Source: Patescibacteria group bacterium (GTDB lineage: Bacteria > Patescibacteriota > Patescibacteriia > Magasanikbacterales > GWA2-37-8). From it: a DNA stretch of 61,934 nt. Made by a program: the position numbers and the translations under genes. The notes beneath the pieces were generated by a model. The model did not search any database, was not told the origin of the DNA, and saw only the letters and a list, made by a program, of their open reading frames with translations. Position 1 is the first letter of the stretch. Every line of letters begins with the position of its first letter. The stretch is taken from the NCBI GenBank assembly GCA_028688375.1, contig JAQTYG010000004.1, forward strand, positions 1 to 61,934, written 5' to 3'. Shown here piece by piece: positions 51,241-58,681 of this stretch.

Positions 51241-51405
51241 ATGGCCATGTCCAACAGCGCCACCAGGCATTTTGTGGCTTTTCTCATCGCCGGCATCGCG
51301 CTGGTCGCTTTTATTGCCGGATATTTTTCCGGGCAATTCGGTTGGTGGTGGATTGGTTTTGCCGTGTTAATCGTTTACGGTGGCGTTCACAGCGCCCTTA
51401 AGTGA
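51241..51405 (+). CDS. 54-aa two-TM membrane peptide (below the ORF-track cutoff)
   Basis: My own translation: MAMSNSATRHFVAFLIAGIALVAFIAGYFSGQFGWWWIGFAVLIVYGGVHSALK*. Lies between a promoter-like element and the next gene (12-nt gap). Confidence 0.4.
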   Translation: MAMSNSATRHFVAFLIAGIALVAFIAGYFSGQFGWWWIGFAVLIVYGGVHSALK

Positions 51406-51417
51406 GTCCGATAAAAT

Positions 51418-52851
51418 ATGAATCCGTTGATTTTGACCACCCCGTTCGGATTTAATATTGACCTGTCTTTTTGGCAGAATTTTTTTGCCATGCCCCAGCC
51501 GGAAATGAATCGGGCAATTTTTGCTATGGTCGGCTGGTGGATCTTGGTTTTACTTTTTTTTAAAATCGCCGCCGAGGTGTGGATGGCGATGAAACAAAGA
51601 GAATACATGGCTACCTGGGAGTGGGTGGTGTTGGCGGTGGATATTCCGGCGCAATTTGTGCAATCACCCAAAGCCATGGAACAGGTTTTTGCGCATCTCT
51701 CCGGGTCATTCGTCCCTTATGATATTCAAGAGCGTTATTGGAAAGGGTTGATAAATAAATGGTACAGTTTTGAAATTATCAGTATTGAAGGGTATATTCA
51801 GTTTGTGATTCGGGTTGAGACACAATTCCGTGATTTAGTGGAAGCGGCGATTTACGCCCAGTACTCGGAAGCGGAAATTACCGAAGTGGAGGATTACGTC
51901 GGCGTGGCGCCGGATGTTTATCCGAATACGACACACGACGTGCAAGGCGTGGAATTTAATTTGACGGAAAATGAAGTTTATCCGATCCGCACTTATCCGT
52001 ATTTTGAATATAATATCAGCAAGGACGTGGTTTTTTCCGATCCAATGGCGGCCTTGTTGGAAAATTTTTCGCGCATCGGTCCGGGAGAAAATCTTTGGTT
52101 CCAGCTGGTGATTACGCCGGTGGACAGTAGTTGGAAAAAAGACGGCATTGATTTGGTGAAAAAAATAATCGCCGGCAAAAAAGAAATAAAATCATCCGCG
52201 GTCGTCAGCTTCATCGGCGATTTGCCGATGATGGCCGCGAAAACCGCCATGCAGGCTTGGAATTCTAAGTTTGATGAGGAAGACGATAAAAAGAAGGGCA
52301 AAAAAGAAGAGCCGGCCGGTAAAGTATCTGATCTGACCCCAGGCGCTAAGCTGGTGGTGGAATCAATTGAAGAGAAGATTTCTAAAATCGGGTTTAAGTC
52401 ACGTTTGCGTATTTTATACACGGCCAAAAAAGATGTTTTTCAGCCGAACAAGTGCGTCAGTGGCGTAGTTGGCGCCATGAATCAATTCAGCATAAACAAT
52501 CGTAATAGTTTTAAACCCAAACCGGTTGGTGGCGCTAATAAATCTTTGGTTGGTTCCAATATCGTAGCCGCTTTTAAGGAAAGAAAATTAAAAAAATGTT
52601 ACCGACATAAAAAATTAAAACCGCTAGACAAGCCGTTTATTTTGAACATTGAAGAACTGGCGACTGTTTGGCATTTTCCTTTGCCGTTGGTAAAAACGCC
52701 ATTATTGCAAAAATCTTTGATTAAACGTTCGGAACCGCCGATTAATTTACCGGTGGAAAATTTTGAAGCGCCGCTGAAAGCTAAACCGGTCGGGCCTAAA
52801 TTTGTGGATAAACCGAGGGAAATTAATCCGGAAGATTTGCCTTATGCTTAA
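51418..52851 (+). CDS. Membrane protein paralogous to the N-terminal module of the VirD4-like ATPase (58682..61219)
   Basis: YSFEIISIEGYIQFVIRVETQFRDLVEAAIYAQYSEAEITEVEDY versus FAFEIAVKDGKISFYVAVPDKFKTFLEQQIHAQYPHAQITEEPDY. Also SDPMAALLENFSRIG versus SDPLVALLNPLSRLQ, and EELATVWHFP versus AEMASFWHMP. Confidence 0.6.
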   Translation: MNPLILTTPFGFNIDLSFWQNFFAMPQPEMNRAIFAMVGWWILVLLFFKIAAEVWMAMKQREYMATWEWVVLAVDIPAQFVQSPKAMEQVFAHLSGSFVPYDIQERYWKGLINKWYSFEIISIEGYIQFVIRVETQFRDLVEAAIYAQYSEAEITEVEDYVGVAPDVYPNTTHDVQGVEFNLTENEVYPIRTYPYFEYNISKDVVFSDPMAALLENFSRIGPGENLWFQLVITPVDSSWKKDGIDLVKKIIAGKKEIKSSAVVSFIGDLPMMAAKTAMQAWNSKFDEEDDKKKGKKEEPAGKVSDLTPGAKLVVESIEEKISKIGFKSRLRILYTAKKDVFQPNKCVSGVVGAMNQFSINNRNSFKPKPVGGANKSLVGSNIVAAFKERKLKKCYRHKKLKPLDKPFILNIEELATVWHFPLPLVKTPLLQKSLIKRSEPPINLPVENFEAPLKAKPVGPKFVDKPREINPEDLPYA

Positions 52852-53806
52852 ACCGATTATCGCTTTAGCCCCGATGGCTGATTACACCGATCAGCCGTTT
52901 TCTTTATTGTGCCGGGAGGTGGCTGGTAAGAATTTTATTATTTATCGTGAAATGGTCAGCTCGCAAGCGATCACGCGGGGCAACGCTAAAACATTCGGCA
53001 TGTGCGAGACCGTGCGCCGGGAACACCCGGTAATTATGCAAATTTTCGGCGATCAGCCGGTGGTGATGGCTCAAGCGGCCAGGATAATCGCGGAAAAATT
53101 TCAACCGGACGGGATTGATATCAATATGGGCTGTCCGGTGCCGAAAATAGCCCACAAGACTCGTGCCGGCGCGGCGCTGATGAAATATCCGGATTTGGCG
53201 GTGGAAATAATTGAAGCGATAAAAGCGGAAAAACTCGGTCTGCCCTTATCGGTAAAGACGCGCTTGGGCTGGTCGGCGGATAATGAAATTTTTGATTTTG
53301 CTCCGCGCTTGGCTAAGGCCGGCATTGATTTGCTGACAATACATGGCCGAACGAAAGCGCAGGGATATGCTGGCGCGGTTGATTGGAAAAATATCGGCGT
53401 GGTTAAAAAATTATTAAAAATTCCCGTTTTAGCCAACGGCGACATTAGAACGCCGGCTGACATCAAACGCTGTCTGGCTGTTACCGGCGCTGATGGGGTA
53501 ATGATCGGCCGGGGCGCTTTGGGGAACCCGTGGATTTTTAAAACAGTTCGCAGTTCGCAGTTCTCAGTTCTCAGTTCACAGTTCACAGTTTCAAAACAAG
53601 AGTTGATCAGAACAGTTTTGCGCCATGCCGAATTACACTTGGCGCATTATGGGGAGCGGGGGATGACGACTTTTCGCAAACATTTGGCTTGGTATTTTCA
53701 CGGTGAGCGCGTCGCCGGCTGGTCGGACGTAAAAAAAATCCGCGCCGAATTGGTGCGGGTGAGTACCATGCCAGATTTGCAAAAAATTTTAGAACGCCTG
53801 GAGTAA
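52844..53806 (+). CDS. dus: tRNA-dihydrouridine synthase
   Basis: LAPMADYTDQPF, IDINMGCP, LTIHGRT and GRGALGNPWIF motifs. ATG 52844 overlaps the upstream stop. Confidence 0.88.
   Translation: MLKPIIALAPMADYTDQPFSLLCREVAGKNFIIYREMVSSQAITRGNAKTFGMCETVRREHPVIMQIFGDQPVVMAQAARIIAEKFQPDGIDINMGCPVPKIAHKTRAGAALMKYPDLAVEIIEAIKAEKLGLPLSVKTRLGWSADNEIFDFAPRLAKAGIDLLTIHGRTKAQGYAGAVDWKNIGVVKKLLKIPVLANGDIRTPADIKRCLAVTGADGVMIGRGALGNPWIFKTVRSSQFSVLSSQFTVSKQELIRTVLRHAELHLAHYGERGMTTFRKHLAWYFHGERVAGWSDVKKIRAELVRVSTMPDLQKILERLE
53544..53592 (+). repeat. Seven-unit heptamer array inside dus
   Basis: CAGTTCG x2, CAGTTCT x2, CAGTTCA x2, CAGTTTC. Translated as SSQFSVLSSQFTVS. Confidence 0.9.
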
Positions 53807-53813
53807 GGGCGTT

Positions 53814-54509
53814 CTAAAATTTTAGTTTTATCATTACGGCAAAAAATTCCATTGCGTCTTTACTTGATAATTTCGAAACCCCGCGGCGCCGGTCATTAAA
53901 TATTACCGGCACTTCGGCTACCTTGAACCCGAGCCGCTCCACACGGTAAACCATTTCTTCTTGAAAAGCGTAACCGTTGCTTTTTATTTTTTCCAAATCA
54001 ATTTTTTCCAGCGTTTGGCGTTTGTAACAGCGGAAGCCGGCGGTCACGTCGCGCGTTTTTAAACCAAGCGCCAAACACGCCGTGAACATGGCAGCGTTGC
54101 TAATAAAGTGTCGCCACCAGTTCCACCCGACAATACCACCGCCAGGCACTTTGCGCGAACCAATGACTAAATCAGCGCCGCCCGCGCAAGCCGCTAAAAG
54201 TCGCGGGATATCTTCCGGCGCGTGCGATAAATCAGCGTCCATTTCCAGAATGTATTCGGCGTCGGTGGTTAACGCCTGTTTAAAACCGGCAATATAGGCG
54301 GAACCGATGCCTAGTTTGGCCGGACGCGACACCAAAATTATCGGATATTTTTTTCCCCACTCTTTAATTTTTTCCGCCGTGCCGTCGCCGGAAGCGTCAT
54401 CAACAAAAATGATATTCAAGTTCGGGATATTTTGACTAAAAATACGATTGATTAGCTCATCAATATTAAGCGCTTCGTTGTAGGTGGGGATAACAATGGT
54501 AGTTGACAT
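53814..54509 (-). CDS. GT2 polyprenol-phosphate mannosyl/glucosyl-transferase (Dpm1/Ppm1-like)
   Basis: IVIPTYNEALNI, DDASGDGT and MDADLSH motifs. I chose the start at MSTTIV. Confidence 0.8.
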   Translation of the reverse strand: MSTTIVIPTYNEALNIDELINRIFSQNIPNLNIIFVDDASGDGTAEKIKEWGKKYPIILVSRPAKLGIGSAYIAGFKQALTTDAEYILEMDADLSHAPEDIPRLLAACAGGADLVIGSRKVPGGGIVGWNWWRHFISNAAMFTACLALGLKTRDVTAGFRCYKRQTLEKIDLEKIKSNGYAFQEEMVYRVERLGFKVAEVPVIFNDRRRGVSKLSSKDAMEFFAVMIKLKF

Positions 54510-54590
54510 GGCGGGTATTATACCAAGCCAGCCGGTTTGGACAAGTTCGGTGTTTTTTACTATAATATATCCACCCAAGATAACCTTATT

Positions 54591-55514
54591 ATGATTTTTA
54601 GTTTCGTTGTCGTTGTTATCGGCCTGTGCTTATTTGAGATAATCAGCAGTGTTGATAATGCCGTCATTAACGCCGGCGTGTTAAAAACCATGCCGGAAAA
54701 GTACCGCAAGATATTTTTATTTTGGGGTATTATTTTTGCCGTTTTTGTGGTGCGTGGCATTCTGCCATTTTTAATTGTTTGGATCGCCAATCCGGCGCTT
54801 TCCATCGTGGAAGTTTTCGGCTTTGTTTTCAGTAATAATCCGGAAATAAATGAATACGTGGAACGGTCCAAGCCATTCCTGCTTTTGGGCGGTGGTATTT
54901 ATCTGCTTTTTGTATTTTTGGGCTGGTTGTTTTTAGAAGAGAAAAAGTACGCATTTTTGGCCGAGCGCTTTATCCACCGTAATGGTTTTTGGTTTTACGC
55001 CATCGCTTCGATTTTACTCACTTTGATCGTGTATTTTTCTTTGAAAGTGAATTCATTCCTGGCTTTATCGGCCACCATCGGTGCCTCCGCCTTTTTTATC
55101 ACCGACGGATTTAAAAAGAACGCCGAAGAAAAAGAAAAAGAACTGGAGCACGGGCATATGAGCGCTTGGAGTAAAATTATGTATTTGGAAATACTGGACG
55201 CCTCTTTTTCCATTGACGGCGTTATCGGCGCGTTTGCTTTTACCATTTCTGTGCCGTTGATTATTTTAGGCAATGGCTTAGGCGCCATTGTCGTTCGTCA
55301 GCTGACGGTTAAAGGCATCAATCTGATCGCCAAATTCGCTTATTTGAAAAATGGCGCCATGTATTCCATTGGCGCCCTGGGCGCGGTGATGATTCTGGAA
55401 AGTTTCGGCCGAGAATATCCGTTTTGGCTGGCGCCGTTGGTAACAGTTTTCTTTTTGGGCGTATTTTTAGCCATGTCCGTTCAAGAAAATAAAAAGAAGA
55501 AAATTAATTCTTAA
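54591..55514 (+). CDS. DUF475/TerC-like integral membrane protein
   Basis: SSVDNAVINAGVL and DASFSIDGVIGAFAFT motif pair. About 8 TM helices. Confidence 0.55.
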   Translation: MIFSFVVVVIGLCLFEIISSVDNAVINAGVLKTMPEKYRKIFLFWGIIFAVFVVRGILPFLIVWIANPALSIVEVFGFVFSNNPEINEYVERSKPFLLLGGGIYLLFVFLGWLFLEEKKYAFLAERFIHRNGFWFYAIASILLTLIVYFSLKVNSFLALSATIGASAFFITDGFKKNAEEKEKELEHGHMSAWSKIMYLEILDASFSIDGVIGAFAFTISVPLIILGNGLGAIVVRQLTVKGINLIAKFAYLKNGAMYSIGALGAVMILESFGREYPFWLAPLVTVFFLGVFLAMSVQENKKKKINS

Positions 55515-55526
55515 TCTAAACGGAGT

Positions 55527-55739
55527 ATGTTGGACGCAATTTTTTATTCATGGCTGGGCCAGCCGATTTTTGTTTGGTTCGGGGTAATTGTTTTTACCTT
55601 TATTTTTACCGCCGGAGTTTATGGCTTTTTGGTTAGCAAGGGTAAAGCGAAAATGAGTTTCCATGTCAATCTGGCGCGTCTGGCGCTGGTTTTGGCTTTG
55701 CTTTATGGTTTGGTGATGGTGTTAGTGGTGCTGAAATAG
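55527..55739 (+). CDS. 70-aa two-TM membrane protein
   Basis: Complete ORF with hydrophobic helices, followed by a terminator. Confidence 0.4.
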   Translation: MLDAIFYSWLGQPIFVWFGVIVFTFIFTAGVYGFLVSKGKAKMSFHVNLARLALVLALLYGLVMVLVVLK

Positions 55740-55751
55740 ACAAGTTAAAAA

Positions 55752-55778
55752 ATCACCCCGCCTAGGGGTGATTTTTTT
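55752..55778. terminator. Bidirectional terminator
   Basis: AAAAAA-TCACCCC-gccta-GGGGTGA-TTTTTTT. Confidence 0.7.
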
Positions 55779-55797
55779 GTTCCGAGACTAGGATTCG
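55779..55797 (-). pseudogene. Displaced 19-nt copy of the tRNA-Gln 3' end
   Basis: GTTCCGAGACTAGGATTCG is identical to 55946-55964. Confidence 0.6.
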
Positions 55798-55946
55798 GCT
55801 TCGCCTCTCGTCGGCTTCCGCCTCCTCGGGCTAGCCACCGCCTCGCGGCCGCGCTCGCTCGTATGCGTCGCGCGGCATCGCTCCGGCGTTCTCATCCAAG
55901 GCGCGACGCAAATTGTTGCGTCGCTTCTCTCCACTCACGTTGTTCG

Positions 55947-56017
55947 TTCCGAGACTAGGATTCGAACCTAGATGAGCAGATTCAGAGTCTGCCATCCTAC
56001 CATTAGATGATCTCGGA
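55947..56017 (-). tRNA. tRNA-Gln (anticodon CUG)
   Basis: Manual cloverleaf on the minus strand: acceptor TCCGAGA/TCTCGGA (U1-A72), anticodon stem GCAGA/TCTGC with loop CTCTGAA, T-arm CTAGG-TTCGAAT-CCTAG. CCA is not encoded. Confidence 0.88.
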
Positions 56018-56030
56018 AAATAAATTTATA

Positions 56031-56122
56031 AGCAGATTCTCCGCCCGAGGCGGATGCGCCTTGGGCGCAAGAGTCTCGTGTCCTACCTGCCCGCCTCGGG
56101 CGGGCCATTAGATGATCTCGGA
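56031..56122 (-). pseudogene. Partial tRNA-Gln copy (5' two-thirds) interrupted by GC-rich hairpins
   Basis: AGCAGATTC [30-nt TCCGCC-cga-GGCGGA + TGCGCC-ttg-GGCGCA] AGAGTCT ..CCTACC [19-nt GCCCGCC-tcg-GGCGGGC] ATTAGATGATCTCGGA. The matching blocks are colinear with the real tRNA. Confidence 0.6.
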
Positions 56123-56947
56123 TTAATTAGTGATCATTTCTCCTTTGGTCAAGCTGTCCAGCCAGGCCTTGTTGACAATATGAACTTTACTCCATTTCCA
56201 ACCGCGGGTTTTAAAAACATCCGGATGGGAAATGTAATGCTTGACGTTGTTTTGTACGAAATATACCCTGTTGCTCCCCACGGCTTTAGCCAGCAGGTTT
56301 TGCGCCGTAAATATCACCGTCGGCAAGTCATAGGTTTTTCCGGTGGCGTGATTAAAATCAGCCAAAGTACCCATGAGCATATCATAACTATACCGATAGT
56401 CAAGACCGTTCTCCGCGCCGCCATCTTCCACGATAAATTCCTTTTTTGCTTCGTCAAACCCGCTGATTACCATAACATGGAAATACGAACCATTGACGCG
56501 AAAGCGGTGCTGGGGATTGGCCAAATATTTCGCATAATGAAAAGAAATTACCGGTCGGTTATGGCGTAATTCATTTTTTATTTCTTCTACCGTCGGGTGG
56601 CGTTTAATCGTGGCGGTAAAATCCAGATTGGCCTCAACGATTTTGACTGTGCGCGAGGCGTTGGAATCGGCGTTGGAACCCCAGACCGAATCCTGGTAAG
56701 TGAACAACGGCCACATTATTTTTTTGGAATCCTGTCGTCCGACCTTGGTCACGCCTTGGTAATATTGGTCTACCATGCTCGTACTGGCTTCTTCGCAGGC
56801 GTTTTTCCAAGGTCCGGTCCACGTGCCGTCCGGAATTTCTATAATAAACGGCACGGATAATTTTACAATTTCTGTGGATGTGGCCGCAGCAAAAACTATA
56901 CCGGGCAGAAATAAACCAACAGAGATTAAGAAAATAAGACTCTTCAT
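56123..56947 (-). CDS. Secreted/anchored papain-fold (C39-like) peptidase-domain protein
   Basis: Signal anchor MKSLIFLISVGLFLPGIVFAAA, candidate catalytic Cys in WKNACEEASTSMV and His in YFHVMVISGFDE. Confidence 0.5.
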   Translation of the reverse strand: MKSLIFLISVGLFLPGIVFAAATSTEIVKLSVPFIIEIPDGTWTGPWKNACEEASTSMVDQYYQGVTKVGRQDSKKIMWPLFTYQDSVWGSNADSNASRTVKIVEANLDFTATIKRHPTVEEIKNELRHNRPVISFHYAKYLANPQHRFRVNGSYFHVMVISGFDEAKKEFIVEDGGAENGLDYRYSYDMLMGTLADFNHATGKTYDLPTVIFTAQNLLAKAVGSNRVYFVQNNVKHYISHPDVFKTRGWKWSKVHIVNKAWLDSLTKGEMITN

Positions 56948-57091
56948 AATAATTTTGCTAAATCCTAACTCCCAAACCTCAAAACCCAAATAAATTTTAA
57001 ACACTAATTCCCAAAAATTGTTAAATTATAATTTGGGATTTTCTCACGGTTTATTTGGTTATTGGGCATTGGGGTTTGGTCATTTTTGTCA
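56948..57091 (-). repeat. Heptad-periodic dyad element D4 (homologue of D2)
   Basis: The reverse complement aligns with 37205-37363 over about 125 nt (CCAAACCCCAATGyCCAAT..GAAAATCCCAAAT..AATTTAAC..ATTTATTTGGGTTTTG..AAAATTATTAT). Fills the dnaX-stop to next-start gap. Confidence 0.8.
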
Positions 57092-58660
57092 CTACGCCAC
57101 GACTTCACCGCCGAATTCGGCGGCTAAATTAGCCAAATCTTTTTCTTCAATTTTTTTGTCTTCAGCTTCGGCCACTTCACAAACGATTTCAATTTTTCGG
57201 CCGAAAGATTTTTCCAGCGAACCTTCCACCGCCACCCGGCATTTTGTGTCTTCCACTTTTTGTTTATGAAAAGAGTAGGGGAAAGAAATCGTCAATTTAT
57301 TTTTTTTCAGGCCTTTGATCTCGGCCATTTTTAAAACAAAAATCAGCGAAGGATACTGCTCGGATAAATCGTTTATTATTTCTTGCCATTTGGCGCGCAG
57401 TTCTTCCAAGGTAAATTCAGTCGTTTCGCTCGGTTCTTCCACCGCCGTTGTTTTTTGTACGATTTTTATTGGTGCTTCCGGCGATGGTTTTTTAGTCGGC
57501 GCCGTCTCTCCGCCGGTCGTCGTTCCGCTTTGGGGTGGCTCCACTTCGTCCGGTTTGGACGCGCCTGCTTCGTCGGAAAATTCCACCGCCAAAAGTTCCA
57601 AGGGCAATTGTGGCACCGGCGACTGTTTGATTTCTTGCCGGCGCTTAATCAGCGCGTCCATCAAGCGGATTATTTTTTGTTTGGGTAATTGTTCCGCCAT
57701 TTTTCTAATGCGTTTTTTAGCCGTGTCGCTGAAATCAGCCCCGGTCGGCGCCTCGCCGGTCTCGGCGATCATCACGGCGCGCAAAATTTCCAAAACGTCC
57801 AAAGCGAATTGTTCCAAATTGGCACCCTCTTTGAAAACTTTTGCCACGGTGGCGATCGCGCCATTGGCGTCCCCGTTGGCCACCGCCTCCAAATAGGCGA
57901 AGACTTGTTCAAAATCAGATACCGGCAAAATCAATTCGGCGTCTTCTTCCCGTATTTTTTTAAGATTGAGCGACATGATTTGGCCGAGCAAACTTTCAGC
58001 GTCGCGCAAACAGCCGTCGCTTTTGCCGATAATCCGGCGCAACACTTCCTTATCTATTTTAACCCCTTCGGCTTCGGCGATGCCGGCCAATCGATGTAAA
58101 ACAACATCATCGGCGATTTTTTTAAAATTAAAGCGCTGACAGCGGGAAATAATCGTCGCCGGCAGTTTGTGCAGTTCGGTGGTGGCGAGCACAAAGACCA
58201 CGTGCGCCGGCGGCTCTTCCAGGGTCTTTAACAGCGCGTTAAAAGCGCTGGTGGAGAGCATGTGCACCTCATCAATGATAAAAACTTTGTAACGCGATTT
58301 GGTCGGCTTGAATTGGGCGTTATCAATAATATTTTCGCGCACGTTGTCCACGCCGGTGTTGGAAGCGGCGTCAATTTCAATCACATCAATATTCCGTCCG
58401 GCGGCGATTTCCGCGCAGGAAGAACACTGGTCGCATGGTTCAAACACACCGTCTTTGTGTTCGGCGCAATTAATCGCTTTGGCGAACAGGCGCGCCATGG
58501 TGGTTTTGCCGATGCCGCGCGGTCCGGAAAATAAATAAGCATGGGCGATATTGCCCGTGCTGATTTCGTTGGTCAGTGTTTGCGTCAAATGTTCTTGGCC
58601 AACGAGGTCGGAAAAATGTTGTGGCCGATATTTTCGGTATAGTGTGGACATGTTAATCAA
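57092..58660 (-). CDS. dnaX: DNA polymerase III subunit gamma/tau
   Basis: YRKYRPQHFSDLVGQEH, Walker A GPRGIGKTT, Zn module CDQCSSC, and DEVHMLS. The start is either TTG 58660 or ATG 58651. Confidence 0.92.
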   Translation of the reverse strand: MINMSTLYRKYRPQHFSDLVGQEHLTQTLTNEISTGNIAHAYLFSGPRGIGKTTMARLFAKAINCAEHKDGVFEPCDQCSSCAEIAAGRNIDVIEIDAASNTGVDNVRENIIDNAQFKPTKSRYKVFIIDEVHMLSTSAFNALLKTLEEPPAHVVFVLATTELHKLPATIISRCQRFNFKKIADDVVLHRLAGIAEAEGVKIDKEVLRRIIGKSDGCLRDAESLLGQIMSLNLKKIREEDAELILPVSDFEQVFAYLEAVANGDANGAIATVAKVFKEGANLEQFALDVLEILRAVMIAETGEAPTGADFSDTAKKRIRKMAEQLPKQKIIRLMDALIKRRQEIKQSPVPQLPLELLAVEFSDEAGASKPDEVEPPQSGTTTGGETAPTKKPSPEAPIKIVQKTTAVEEPSETTEFTLEELRAKWQEIINDLSEQYPSLIFVLKMAEIKGLKKNKLTISFPYSFHKQKVEDTKCRVAVEGSLEKSFGRKIEIVCEVAEAEDKKIEEKDLANLAAEFGGEVVA

Positions 58661-58681
58661 TTCATCCTCCCTTTAAATTTA

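Noticed and set aside
57296-57310. A8 run (minus strand GAAAAAAAAT) in dnaX as a programmed -1 frameshift site for a gamma product
   Set aside because: It lies at about residue 450 of 522, far downstream of domain III. I saw no downstream stem-loop or upstream SD-like stimulator. It is probably just Lys-Lys-Asn codons.
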